Shown in pieces: positions 51,128 to 64,000 of a DNA stretch of 64,000 nt. The notes below the pieces were generated by a model. The model saw only the letters and a list, made by a program, of their open reading frames with translations. It had not been told where the DNA came from and ran no database searches. Origin of the DNA: Rotaria socialis (taxonomy: Eukaryota); contig CAJNYD010000058.1 of assembly GCA_905331295.1 (NCBI GenBank), positions 62,001 to 126,000 of the forward strand. The letters run 5' to 3'. The translations under genes were made by a program, and so were the position numbers. Each line of letters opens with the position of its first letter. Positions within the stretch are counted from its first letter, which is position 1.

Positions 51128-52901
51128 TTAATGCTGATCAATATTAAACTTCTGTATACGATGATTTCCACTATCACTCACATACATATTACCCTGTCGA
51201 TCAAACGAAAAACTGATGGGACTATGGAGTTGATTTAATTGATTTCCATGGCCATTTCCACCAGCGATAACTTTTCCCTGTGTAGCTCCGGAACTCCAAC
51301 GCATTATTCGATTGTTCGCATAGTCAGCGACGTAGACATTACCTGCCTGGTCCACGACGACTCCATAAGGATTTGATAATTGCGTAAAACTATATCCTTG
51401 ACCATGACCACCAGCCACAATAATTCCTTGCTTTGCACCTTTTGTCCATTTCACCACACGATGATTGTCATACTCTGATATGTATACGGAATGTTCTTGA
51501 TCGACGGTCACATATCTCGGATAATACAGCTGATCGAGACGATCTCCTGGCCCATTTCCACCTGCAACAACAGTTCCATGATTTTCTCCCACTCGATACC
51601 GTTTGACTTCATGTGCATCATGATCAACAACATAAAGGAATCCATCATCATTCATTGTCAAACCTATACATCCAATATTTGAGATAATTGTTTCGCCGTG
51701 TATACCATTTTGGCGAGACCATCGAACTACTCTCTTATTGTTATAATCAGAAATAATTAAACTATCTGTTTCTTCATCAATAATAACATCTGTTGGATAG
51801 TTCAATTGATCAGATTGGTTTCCCTGCCCATTTCCACCTGCTACAACTCGGCCAGTCGTTGCACCACATTTCCACTCCACAACACGGTGATTTGAATATT
51901 CAGCAATGTAGATAGTTTGATCATCATCAATACACAAACCCCATGGATGATACAGTTGGTTCATCTCACTGCCAAATTCATTTCCTCCAGCTACAGTGAC
52001 ACCGTTCTGCAACCATTTTGTATCTACATTTATACTGTCCAAAAATGTTGCTAAAACAAACATGATTTCATTAAATTTGATATTCGGTTAATACGTATCG
52101 ATAGAGAGACAGAAAAACAGATAGATGAAATATTCATAATTTGAAAATCCTTTTGTCACATGAATCATTACTTCTGATCGAAATGAATTTTGAACAAAAT
52201 AAAATAAATAATTAAATGATCTTGAAAAGATTTCGAGATAATTGACAAATTTTTTGAAAGAGAAAGACAACTTAATTTATCAGCGATTTCTAAATAACTT
52301 CTTGCTATAGAAAAGATGTCCTATTATTTGGTTTTAGTTTAAGATACTTGCTATTTTGTTGGTCTCCTCGAATGCAAATGAGTCGATTCCAATCGATTTG
52401 ATCATTATCAATAAGGATCGTGGTCTTGGTGGTATCTTTTCCAATATAGTGCTGTAGTAGTCGTTGAATGCCATGAATTTGTTGGCGAAGTCGATGAATG
52501 TCAGTTTCGACAAAATCATCGTCTTTTCGACGAATATGAATTTCCTTTGTAATTGACTCAAGTTGTTTTTCCATTACTTTTCGCTTTTTATCAAAACGTT
52601 CGGTAAGTTCGTGACGAGCTCTTTCTGCTGTTTTCTCTACTTTATCAATTGTTGCTTTTCTCCATTGTTCAATTAGAGCAAAAAGATCTGATGGTACTTG
52701 ATTCGAATTTTCTAATTTTTGGATTTGTTCAAATAGTGCATCATGCGATTTTACGATTTCATTGTCGAATTTAGTTGAGAGTTGTTGCTGATGTTCTTTG
52801 AAATGTGTCGAACAGAAGTATGCACTACATCCAATGCATAAGAATTTAGCTGAAGACTTTGTACAGATTGAACATGCATTTGATTCAATTATTGTTGCCA
52901 T
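51128..52901 (-). CDS. B-box-like zinc finger + coiled coil + NHL-repeat beta-propeller protein, 2 exons
   Basis: Exon 1 has CSIC...CIGCSAYFCSTHFKEH and a coiled coil. Exon 2 has six NHL repeats (VAGGNG.G...QL..P..; VYVADYANNRI; MYVSDSGNHRIQKF). The intron spans about 52.04-52.35 kb with two phase-compatible options (GC-AG or GT-AG). Confidence 0.9.
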
Positions 52902-55593
52902 TTCTCTTATGTGTAATGTATTATGAGAATATCTAAGAATGTTCTCTATCTGAAATTTATAGATATATACTTAGATGATCTACACAAACTTTCTTCTATC
53001 GTAAATTGAATCAGGACTACTTTCTTCAGACAATTCAATGATTGATCTAAACTCTATTTCCGTGTAATAAGTACCTAGAAAAAAGATGATGCATGACTAC
53101 TAATTTAATGTAAAAATAACAATAAATAAAAATCTGTGGTGATTTTCAAAAATCACAGATGTAATTTATTCTTTTCAATGTCAAAACAATAGCTAAATTT
53201 TCATTTACATTCTGTAGCCAAGCTTGATCTAATCTGATCACTACTTGTGTAGTAAGATCTTTATCTGGAAAAGTTATGATTGAAAACACGTAGTAGAGAT
53301 AAAGGCATCACAAATATTTCTGAGTTGAGTTTCTTTTGATTAGACTGCAAAAGTCACAGTTCCATATCAACACTTATTATTATGAGAACCCATGAAGATA
53401 AGGTAGTCTATACAGTTTATATCATGTTGTACTAAGTCACCATGTTATGTTTTATCGGAGTCCTATCAGTTCAGAACGATCCACAGGATTTTAAGAATGA
53501 AATTTTGATCTTATTCACTGTAATTCCCTATAGTTCTAGTGAGAAAATGTATGTTATTGCGTTATTCCACTGATGCAGAGAAAAATAGAAATTCTATACT
53601 CGTTTAAGAAATTTAGCTAACTAGTTATATTATAACTGATTTTATAATGTGGTTACTGCTAGTAGAGAATAAAAGTTGGTAGAAGATTTTAGATTTGGAG
53701 GAATAGAAATCGACACTAACTTCTGAGCTCTTATATACGAAGCCTACAAGTGACATTTTTGTTCATGGGAACCATGTATGAATCCAATTGAAATCTTTAA
53801 TTGAATCAATAATTCGTTATTCATTTCTAAAAGGAAGTCAATCGCGTTATGATTGAAAAGTTACAGTGGACTCTGATGATATTTTGTGTTGGATAGACTA
53901 CTATTCGTCATGTATAGATGTTGTAATGATTTCCATGCATTGTACATCTGTGTCCCAACCTTTACGTTGCCAATATATTAAAAAAAACGGATCCCATGGC
54001 TATCTATTTTTCATGACTATTTATCACATTTTATTTATAGAAAAAAAAACCATTGAAACTAAACGTCCACATCTACGTACCTGAAATCACTCGAAAAATT
54101 GTCTATTAAAAGCAGCGAATGCACAATAATGAAGTAAACTTTCGACGTTGAGACCCGATAAACCATACTGATACAGTCTTATCTTCTGCAGTCAGAACGA
54201 TGATTTTCAAACATGAGAAACAAAGATAAGTAGAGAAATTGAAATATCAAACACAGACTTACAACAAGTTGTTTGAATAAAAGATAAAATTTCATCGAGT
54301 CTTAACTCACAGAGAAAAATGACCAATGATAAGACGAGTGAAAATATTTCTATGATGAGACGATCTCAGTTTCATCGCCACTCAGTAAAACAAACCAATG
54401 GTAGTAGTACTCAAGATCCTAGAAAATCAATGATTATGAAATCAAGTGTACCGAAGAAAATAAAAATAAAGTCATTTCAGATGCCGAAAAAGAACAAGAA
54501 AATATAATTTCATCATCATCTACCCAAGCCATAAACTCTATTATATGTATCCTTGATGGGCGCTAATGTTATTACTCTTGTGGTATAATTTATCTCTGTG
54601 TTCACCTAACTACAGTGCTAACTGTTCCTTGTCTAAGAAAAAATGGTGGCACACACTTTTCAATCAAAACTGAGTAACAGTTCTGAAGTGCGTGCAATTC
54701 ATTATAGAAACTTTAAAAAACGTTATTACGACGATTTACATTCGATTATATTTACTTTTTAGAGCATATACAAAACGCCAACTATTTTTTGTAACTTTAA
54801 TAACCACAAGACGACTCGATAGTCTCAATTGAAATTTTATTTCTTTACGAGTCTTCTTAACGGTGAAACTATAGGCAAAAGCAAACATGGCAATCATATC
54901 AGTACATCTTTTATTGGAATACTTTAAAATCATAATTTGACCTATGCCTTATCTCGTCTGTATGTGGATTGTATTGCAGATATTTGCTTCTAAAATTTTT
55001 GTAATTGTTCAGTTCATGAACAGCCGATGCATTTTCAGTGCAGACATCTATAGTTTGGCTCATGAATCCCAGAAAAATATAGAGGGCAGTGCTGTAAAAA
55101 TAATTGCTTTGATCTAATAGCTGAAAACTTCCTGTCAAATTAAGCAGACTATTGTATATACGAACTTGAAATCACCATTCTTTGTGCATAGTCTTATCTC
55201 ACAGAATCAATTTGCCAATTATACCAACTCAATGTACATTCGTCACTTTTTCAATCTATGTTAGAAAGTATGAGTCATTGAAAAACATGATTATGTACAC
55301 TGGTATTATTTTCAGAACTTTTCTACTCTCCATAAACCTGCCAGAAAACATTCTGATTTTATATCGATAAAATATTGTCAATAAAAATTCTAGTGTACCT
55401 TAAAGTGTTTTTACTTCTATGATAAAATCTTTTCTGACTAGGAAAACTGTGATATTAAATTTAATTGAAGATTTTCCATCAAGTTAAAAAATATACAGAA
55501 AGAATGTGTTCTTTATTTTTAATATTATCTTGTATTTGTTATTGATAGGTACTTATTTATACTCTCCTTTCATCAAATGTTTGATGTTTGAAT

Positions 55594-58346
55594 ATGAATA
55601 AAAGCACAAAGAAATTAAAGCGAACTCATTCAAAGTAAATTAATAAGTCAACGAAAAAAGAAGTAATCTCATTGTTTTTTCTTTTTTTTTTAGAAGCGAT
55701 GCAAAACAATCACCATCAAAACGGTAAAAAATATGTTTCGCTTTTTGTTTAAGATTTAATTAATTATTCTATGTTTCAGACAATTTCGTAATGAAAATGA
55801 AAAACGTCGTCGTGATCTCTTTAGTAAATTAATAACAAATTTAGAAGATTTACTTTCTATAAAACAAATCTGCCCAACGAATGATCAAAATAATAAATTC
55901 GATAAAGCTTCAATCTTACGTCAAACTGTTCAATATTTACAAAAACATCGGCATCGTAAGAACGATTTCTATTTTGATAGTTTATCGAAAATTATTTTCT
56001 ATAAAATATTAAGATTTAACAAATGATGAAAAAGTTGAAGTATCAAATAAAAAATCAACTGCATCAAAAAGAAATCATGTTTTAGATTTTTCATGGAAAC
56101 CATCATCTGATATAGTTAATATTGAAGAATGGTTACAAATTGCTATTGAAGTAATTTAATTCTCTATAAAAATAAACTTTAATCTCGACGCTTTTTTTCG
56201 TTTGTTAGTCTTTGAATTGTTTTCTCCTAGTCGTTAAATCTAATCCATATAATACTGAAATAGTATATGTGTCGAAAAATATTAGTTCATATCTTGGTTA
56301 TTCTCAGCATGAAATTTTAAATCAATCATTATTTAAATTTATTTTTCCATCTTATCACGATCGATTACGTGATTATCTTATAAATGATCATAGAGGTTCG
56401 ATTTTATTAAAAATAAAAATTGTAATCTGTCATTTGTTTTTACAGTATTAGAAAGTTGCGATGTATCTTGGAAAAGAGCTTTTAGCGATGATTATGAACA
56501 ATGTACAATCATCGGTGCATTTCGAAATAGTAAACTAAAAATAAATATAGGATTTTCTTTCTTTCAGTTTGCTTATTTCCTTTTTTTTATTTAGTTAATG
56601 AAAATGAAAAATATTTGATGTCAATTGTTAAATTAAATACGTTAGATCGAACATTAATTATCAATAATGAAAGTTCATCGGAAGAATTCGTTACTCATTT
56701 AAATATTTATGGAAAATTTATTTTCATTGATGCAAAGTTCGTGAATATTTTCCCTTTTTTTTTACTATATTTATTTTCTGTTTTCAAGAGCCCGACAATA
56801 TCTTGGTTATAGTTCATTTGAATTAATTGGTCGAACATTTTTTGATTTTGTTCATCCCGATGATTTATCAATTATTGTTCGAGCACATCAGTTATGTAAA
56901 AAATTTCATTTTTGGTTTTTATCTAAATCAATACAAATCATTGTTTTGCATTAGGGAAAGAAAATGGAAATGGGAAAAGTGACCCATATCGATTTTTAAG
57001 CAAAGGTCAACAATGGCTTTTTCTTCAAACACATTCTCAGGTACAAATTAATTCTTGGAATGGAAAACCCGAAAGTTATATTTGCACAACAAATATTATT
57101 CAATCGTAAATTTTATTTTGACTGAAGAAAAAAGAAGAAGCAGTTTGCTTTTTTTTTTCTAAAATTAGTTCAAACGATTCGTTACAGAATCAATTATCAT
57201 TTATATCAACGGATGCTCTATCAAACAATTCAAATAGTAAATATTTTACTTTTATTTCTAGACATTGATTCGTAGAAGAATCCTCTTTTAAACTTAGTAG
57301 TTAATTTAATCTCGTGACAAACAGAAATTATCTTTTTTAATTAATTTTTATCACTTAAAACTAAAATTCACCTAATATAACGGAAAGTTGAAACGTGTTT
57401 AGTTAGATTTAGAATTTTTAAGTTTACTTTTAGCCATTGTTAGAAACTTTCTACCGGTAATTTTTATTATTTCACGTTTATTGTGTATACTTTCAAAACG
57501 ATTTAATTCTACTTAAAAAAAAATCGAGAAATGACAGCTAGAATTGATTCTTACGGAATATTGTGCTTGGCTGTTCCCTCAAGAAATTTTTCTTTTTATC
57601 ATTGAATAAATTCATTCTAAAATTTTAGTTGAATCTGTATCTGTTCCGTCGACCACAGCAACAACAACGGTTACTTCACCAACAGAAAATCCACCAGAAA
57701 AGAATTCATCATCAGAAAGTGAAATAACGGTTTGTATTTAGAATGGCATAGTTGATTAAATTTAGGGTGAGTTTTGCTTTCATTAGTCATTTTTATCTCA
57801 TCTTGGAAGCGGAATTTATCGAAAAAATATTCGAGAAAAATTAATTGAACGTCGAAAGAGTAAAGAAGCTGAAATACGTGTTCGTCAAGAAGAAATTCAA
57901 GTTATCGACGATATGCTTGAATTTATCAATCAGTATCAAATAAAACATCCGTCAACTAATCAAGTAATATATCAACAAACGAAAAATCTGGTCAGAGAAG
58001 GTGATAAAAAGAATTTCATTTAAAAGAGATTTTCGATTTACATTCTATTTTAGAATTTCCTTTAAATGTATTTGATACCAATAGTGATTCAACATTAATT
58101 CATCATCCGTTATCTGATGCGATTGAACATTTTACTCTTCCAGCACATGCTAAAGATGATGTAATAATTGATCCACTATCATCATTATTTTCTCCCTTAT
58201 CAACAACTTTTAATATTCCATCTCCAATAGTACAATTATCAAATCCATCATCAAACAATGATTCAGTAGACGATATTACTTGTTTAACACCTATGAAAAA
58301 TTCATCAAAAGACAGACCATATTCACCAAATTCATTTCCTTCATAA
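55594..58346 (+). CDS. Clock: Divergent CLOCK/NPAS2-like bHLH-PAS transcription factor, multi-exon
   Basis: bHLH RQFRNENEKRRRDLFSKLI...FDKASILRQTVQYLQKH; PAS-A IVYVSKNISSYLGYSQHEILNQSLFKFI; PAS-B EEFVTHL...LGYSSFELIG...FVHPDDL...YRFLSKGQQWLFLQT...WNGKPESYICT; C-terminal REKLIERRKSKEAEIRVRQEEI resembling the CLOCK exon-19 coil. Stop at 58344-58346. Confidence 0.8.
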
Positions 58347-59459
58347 TTTTTATGTTACCTGTCAAGCGAATACCAATGTTTTTGTCTAGTAAATTAAAAA
58401 ATAGATTCAAACTTCTTCTTTTTAATTTTAGTTATTGATTGATATTACTCTTCAACTATCTTTGTTAATATGCAAACTAATGGTCCTTTAACAAAAGAAA
58501 ACTGAATTCTTATTAATGTAACAGACTCTATCGAAGTTTGCTATCATCTGAATCAAAAGCACAAATACACAGTTTATTGCATGAAAAATGTTATTAAACT
58601 TAAAATCCATCAAAAACTCTCAAGAAGCATTAGAGATTATCGAATCTATAAGTTTTAGAATGACACAAGACGCTCCCAGACGTCTGTTTATTGTGAGAGA
58701 ACTGTGTTCCAATTTAGTACGTATACTCCAAGTAGCATTGATATAGCAGACAATATGAATCTTTCACTATCTATCTCGATGTGCTCAAATAGATTTCACA
58801 CATATACAAAACGTTTCCCTTATCGATTCTTCCATGGGAAATAGAGATGATAATCGTTTTAAAGAAGAAGACAAGGGGGCTATTTAGAACCACTCGTTTT
58901 AGAAATAATATAGACAAATGCCAATTTTCCTATCACGAAAAACCGGTGGCATTGCATAGTTGCATTTGTTACTCAACAAAATCAGCTTAAAGCTCCATTG
59001 TCAGCCAGTGATCTCAAGTAAAATTTAAAGAAAGGTGCTCTTAAGTTTAGTTGAACTATGATGAGATGCAAGTGTGGACACACATGGATGAGTATAACGA
59101 AACTGTTGATATACGCATGCATAAAACCAAATCCCATATATATTCTGTACTCAGAGACAAATGATAGCCGACAAAGGGTGTGGGCGTCTGTGACGATTTC
59201 TGATAGAATAAGTGCTTGCATTGATGGAATCATGCTTTATTTCATTTCTTCATATCATGAATCGTGTCAATTACAAAAAAAGCACAGATTTAAATACTCA
59301 ACCATCCGAGAGAACGAAAGCTGATGACAGTTAAGGACAAACGCTAAGGGCATCAAAATACATACAAAACATAGAAAAAAATACATAGTAAATACAAAAT
59401 AATAGTCACACTTAACTGAGAGCGTTACAACGTCATCAATCTATTTGCCCGTATCCACA

Positions 59460-59795
59460 CCCGCATATGGTAGATAGCGGAAAAGCTCACACATGGTTTC
59501 GATTACCCCGATCGAAGAAAACGATCAGTAAACGGTCGTATGCGATACAAGTACAGCCCGTTTTACGTGCCGTATTTTACCCGTATAACAGGGACAGTAA
59601 TACGACCGTATGTTCTATAGAATACGATAATATTGCGCCAGCTTTACGAGATTTTACGGCTGATATACGGTGTCCATGTATGGCCGTAATACTGCCCCTG
59701 TTAAAACGCCTTACCTCGGCCTAAAACGGCCGTTTTACGACGGAATACGATGTAAAAACGACCGTTTACGGTGGTCCATTTTGATCGACATGGGT
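59460..59795. mobile_element. Degenerate palindromic non-autonomous element rich in CCGTA/TACGG motifs
   Basis: GC-richer island with an internal inverted pair, ACAGGGACAGTAATACGACCGTA (about 59588-59610) and TATGGCCGTAATACTGCCCCTGT (about 59680-59702). Ends GATCGACATGGG. Boundaries are approximate. Confidence 0.6.
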
Positions 59796-59891
59796 TGCAA
59801 CATGATTACGTTGCACAATTAATTTCTATGCTATCATGCACGATAAATCTTTCACTTCGATTGCTAACGACAGCATAGAACGAGCCAACTC

Positions 59892-60547
59892 TTAATAGTT
59901 ACTGTCTGAATATATATTTGATAAGCATATCGATGAGAACTCAGGTCGTTGATAATTGTCGTTTACGTATAGTGTGCTAGAAGTACAATCGAGACGCTTC
60001 ATTATACAAGAGTTGAAGCCAGGTACACGGAATCCGTGTGATTTCAACAAATTTGTAACGTTCGGCGTTTTTGGGTTATTCTCAACGAGCAGATAATGTA
60101 CCCGAATGTTCCAATCCATCGTAAGAAGCACTAAAAATTCGCCTCCTTCTACATCAAGACTGAATAAGTCTATATGAGTTATGCCAATCGCGGATAAATA
60201 GTAACCAATAGGACGACAAGTTACTTGTTGATTCTTGTTGTTATTTTTATGGCAATACTTTCTAAAGGCTTCATCCATGGTGTCAATATTTCCTGCGACG
60301 AACCCAGATCCACCCTAAAGAAGTCAAACGTAACGAATCTGAGAATTATTTCAGATGGTCGGGACTCGCCAGCATTTTAATATGGGCCTCAGATGCTGAG
60401 CATATTCCAATAGGGATCTTCACCGTATTTTTTCTATTTACTTTGAGCAGTTTTCTAGCATTATCTGGCTGAGCTTTTATAAAACCTCTACGCCAATGAA
60501 ACGTTTGCTAAAAAAACTGAGTATTACTGAAAGTGTCCCCACCTGCA
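59892..60547 (-). pseudogene. Second FkbM-family methyltransferase, 5'-truncated pseudogene
   Basis: GGDTFSNTQFF*QTFHW...KAQPDN...IGIC, then a 55-nt GC-AG intron (60315-60369), then ITHIDLFSLDVEGGEFLVL..MDW...YLLVEN. In-frame TAG at 60508-60510; the 5' end abuts a repeat. Confidence 0.8.
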
Positions 60548-60657
60548 GGAATGGTATAGAAAAGGTCGAAACAAAAGATGTCGAAACTAAAAACATCGGA
60601 AAAAAAACGTCGAAATAGAAAACGTTGAAAGAAAAAATGTCGAAAAAGTCGAGAATG
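60548..60657. repeat. Array of about 7 AAANGTCGAA-like units (about 15-bp period), probably a transposon subterminal repeat
   Basis: aaaggtcgaa, agatgtcgaa, aacatcgga, aaacgtcgaa, aaacgttgaa, aaatgtcgaa, aagtcgag. Confidence 0.7.
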
Positions 60658-60740
60658 GTTTAAATAAACAATTTAGCATTGAATTGTATCCTGCCGACCG
60701 CTACAGTTATTGTATGATATTTTGCTGATTGTCCATTGTA

Positions 60741-60904
60741 CAGTCTAAAAAAAGTAGTTCTTCTTGTGTGCCAGAGGTAAGAACCTTTTAAAGTTTCGTA
60801 GAACTGAAAAGTCGTTTTTTGAGTATTTGAACACATGTGTAAACTTTTCCAAATCTACGGAACCTTTTTCGGAGGCTCGGGAAAAAGCCCTTTTTTTTAG
60901 AGTG
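60741..60904. mobile_element. MITE with CACTCTAAAAAAA-type TIRs and internal GAACC motifs
   Basis: Left CAGTCTAAAAAAA and right TTTTTTTAGAGTG (1 mismatch). Confidence 0.65.
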
Positions 60905-60921
60905 CAGTATTGCTGTTTAGA

Positions 60922-61130
60922 GCATCCACATCCTCGACCGCACTCACACCCACACCCTCAAGAAGCAAGGCATTTTGAAAATTATTGCTCCGCTCATGAG
61001 ATATTGAGATATTTCTGAGGATATTGTCGTCAAGAAAGTTCTCTCTCATGATATTTTTCTGTTCTTGAGTGTAAGTGTAAGTGTAGGTGTAGATGAGAAC
61101 TGGTCCAACGAAGACGCATACCCACACCCT
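60922..61130. repeat. Degenerate CCCACA/TGTGGG-type repeats
   Basis: CACTCACACCCACACCCT at about 60940-60958, GTGTAAGTGTAAGTGTAGGTGT at about 61069-61090 and ACCCACACCCT at about 61120-61130. Confidence 0.55.
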
Positions 61131-62201
61131 ACGTCTAAATGAATGCCTATAAGTTATTACAGCCTAATCTTTATATCCATTGGAGGATACCATGTTTCCT
61201 TCAGTTTGCCTACCCTCGCGTTGGTTTCATTTTAAGGATTCCTTCACAGGATACTCTACGAGCTCTCAAAATTTAAACTTTTTATGAATTTCCCTGATAA
61301 TCAATTTTCTGCTTTGGTGTCAACCTTTCCCAGAGAAATTACAAAGCGGATTATAGGCGTCAGCTAGTAAAACAACACCTTTTCCTTTTCCCTAGACTGA
61401 AAGGATAGGGTCTAGAAACCGTAACTCACCTGTGTCTGTCTGCTCGTGTGTCTGTAACACGGCATAGTCATGTGAAACAGCCCACTCAGGAGATGGGGCT
61501 AGTGGAGGGGGCGAGCTATCCCCCTACGGAACTTTGAGCTAACCACCGCGAAATTTCTGAACCATGTATTTTTGTGCCTAGGTAAGATTCAACTGCTCCC
61601 CCGCCTTAAGGATCTTTGAGTCCCATTCTCTCCGTCTTTCATCTTCAATTTTCGTCCAATTTTTAGTTCATTTTCACTCATTCCCACCCCCTTTACTGGT
61701 CTGTTTGAAAATATTATCACCAGCTGCTGGCACAAACAAGCGATTTTCTGTCCGGTGCATGCATTTCTTCTTCTCGGCACTGTCAGTCTAAGGCCCAATG
61801 AATCGGTTTTCGATGTCGATAAACCTTGCGTATTTGTGGTACAGTGCAGAGGTATGGGGTTCAATAGTTGGAGCCAGCGGGTTTAGCGGGCGGGAGCGAA
61901 ATTTTACATTTGTTCGGGATTTATGGGTGACGGGTATTGATTAGCTTCCAAGCGAGTGGGCGGGTGAGAATGAAAATAAAAAGTACGGGTTTCTAGTGGG
62001 TCGCGTATAGATTTGTACGGTTTCGGACGGGTAAACAGTTTTTTCGGGGCACGGAAAAGGATGGTGAAAAATTATTGAGAGATGTCGCTAGTCTAGTTAA
62101 TAGTACCAAATATATATTGATTGGTTCATTATTTTCATGCTATGATCTGCAGACTTGCCTATTACTCTCATCACCGGTCCTCATAGTAGAATTCTATAAT
62201 A

Positions 62202-62453
62202 CCCTGTAAAAACAGTTGCCATCCTGAACCTTTTCTCGGTACCATTTACTGAACCATTTTAAAGTTCTAGCCAAAAAGTTTAGAACCTTTCAAGGTTTCA
62301 GCCATACATGCGGAACTATAAAAGGTTCTAAACTTTTTTGATAGAACCTTACAAAAGTTTCAGAGAAGGTACCCAAATCTCGAACCTTTTAAGGTTCGAG
62401 ACCTCTGCTAAAACAAAAAATGATACAGTATGACACCATTTTGTTTTAGAGAG
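62202..62453. mobile_element. Palindromic MITE with GAACCTT/AAGGTTC repeats, TA-flanked, related to 60741-60904
   Basis: TA|CCCTGTAAAAA ... TTTTAGAGAG|TA, with an internal inverted pair AAAAAGTTTAGAACCTTT / AAAGGTTCTAAACTTTTT. Confidence 0.65.
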
Positions 62454-63214
62454 TAGAACTTTCTCTTACTGACATACCTTAAGAAACAAAAACAATTTAC
62501 TTTAATTTATTTTCAAATTCAGAATAAATATTTTTTGTTTCAATAACGAGAATCAAATCACATGATTTATCATCTGATCAATCATTTGATAGTATAATAT
62601 GATGGCATGTCTCTCATGCATCTTCAATCGCCCATGTATTTCTTGGTCAATGTTAAGCAAGTAATCTTAAATAAAGCTCAATGAATGCCAAGAGGTTTTT
62701 GAAAGAACAACCCGACAAATGTATACTAATCGAGAATAACAAAGTCAATAATTCAAAAACACCTCTATATCCGAATCTATCTACTTTTTCTACGATGAAA
62801 GATGAGAATAATCGACTTAAAAACTTCTTCTAGTAATACAGGACGGAGCGAGCCCCGTTGAAAAAGCTTGTTAGCGCAGCCCCTTTGGGACTAAAATGTG
62901 GAACTCACATATATCCCTTAGGGTTACTAAAATAGTTCATCTGAAAAATCTACCTTGATTTCCAAAAGCTATAATTCGATGATTGCCTATTCGCTTATAT
63001 CTGTAATGGAGCATTAATTGGTAGCTCGTATATTTCACAATGCCAGATACTAGCTACTATGGTCTGTAATGGGCAAATATTAGTTTTTTCGTGTAGTACG
63101 TAATTAAAAAATAAAGAAGTAGTAGCCTAATTAGTGAAGCTTCTAATTAGCACAATTTTAAACTCACTAATGTCTGTAATGGGGTGTGGGGGGGGGGGGG
63201 AGGGGGGCCGGAAA

Positions 63215-63292
63215 NNNNNNNNNNNNNNNNNNNNNNNNNNNNNNNNNNNNNNNNNNNNNNNNNNNNNNNNNNNNNNNNNNNNNNNNNNNNNN
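63215..63292. other. Assembly gap (78 N) directly after a poly-G tract
   Basis: Run of N. Confidence 0.99.
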
Positions 63293-64000
63293 ATAGATCT
63301 AAGATTTACATCTTTTGAATCAAATCCGCTCGCAATCAGGAAAAACTAAACTTATTCAGATAATTACGACAAATATAAATTTCAAATATTTCACACGACT
63401 TGAGCAATTATTTCACGACCTGTCTTCAGAAGAACTTCAAGATATCTCCTAGTTTCGAAAATTGTTTCAACTTTTCTGATGAAGACAACGTGTAACTATT
63501 CAATAATTCTGCAAGGCCTGTAGTGTTATAATCAGAACAAATTTTTAACTGAGCGGCTATAGTCGTTCGTCGGCACCCTCTGGGGCGCCACTCACGGCTA
63601 GCCGCCTCCACTAGTTCGTTGTATATATGCGGTGAACATGATCCTTTTAAACGCTGCATGATTGATTGCAAGCTTCGCTTCATTATATAATTATTAGATG
63701 AAAATAGAGAGAATTTTTAGGAAACCCGAAAACAACTGTTATGGGACTAATTTAATTCAGTTTCATCTACATATGAAAAAAATTACTCACAATTTTGAGA
63801 AGAATAAGACAAGATTTCTGAGTACTTAGACAGTTTCCGAACATTCGTAGATGCGCTAATCTAGAATTCTACGTGTTAAGTTTGAATAAATTCTTCGTGC
63901 TACAATAAAAGTTGACATATCAAGTATAAACTGGAGACTTCGAAAAAAGTCTTCAACGACTTAGTGTTTATACACAAAATACAGATATGTAGCTATGTTC

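Noticed and set aside
54319..55230. Short ORFs on both strands upstream of the CLOCK-like gene
   Set aside because: No motifs and could not be linked into a gene.
60548..60657. Regularly spaced repeats as a CRISPR-like array
   Set aside because: Units are about 10 bp and degenerate with about 5-bp spacing, there are no cas genes, and the context is eukaryotic.
63426..63683. 85-aa minus-strand ORF after the gap
   Set aside because: Possibly a gene or transposon fragment, but unidentifiable.

Overview
AT-rich eukaryotic genomic DNA with short (about 45-65 nt) spliceosomal introns. Metazoan genes sit among many genes of bacterial, fungal or phage-type families, which points to a bdelloid rotifer (inference). 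Metazoan-type genes: CCT5 head-to-head with a FAM221B-like gene, a GT7 beta-1,4-galactosyltransferase, a RING/TRAF zinc-finger gene, a zinc-finger/coiled-coil/NHL gene and a divergent CLOCK-like bHLH-PAS gene. Foreign-looking or unusual genes: a FkbM-type methyltransferase, a cyanobacterial-like aldo/keto reductase, a CE4 polysaccharide deacetylase, a RidA with a signal peptide, a secreted DUF4139-like protein and an M20D amidohydrolase. Two further genes have striking fused architectures: a bacterial-type C1A cysteine peptidase joined to a poly-Asp tract and a receiver-like domain, and a T4-type (GH24) lysozyme joined to a Cys-rich domain and a transmembrane anchor. Three decaying enzyme genes are also present (nitrilase, TAP-like alpha/beta hydrolase, second FkbM). 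Repeats include a clean hAT-type MITE with an 8-bp target-site duplication, (CCCACA)n telomere-like tracts, a MITE-rich last 4.5 kb and an assembly gap. All gene models were spliced by eye, and homologies come from motif recognition, not database searches.
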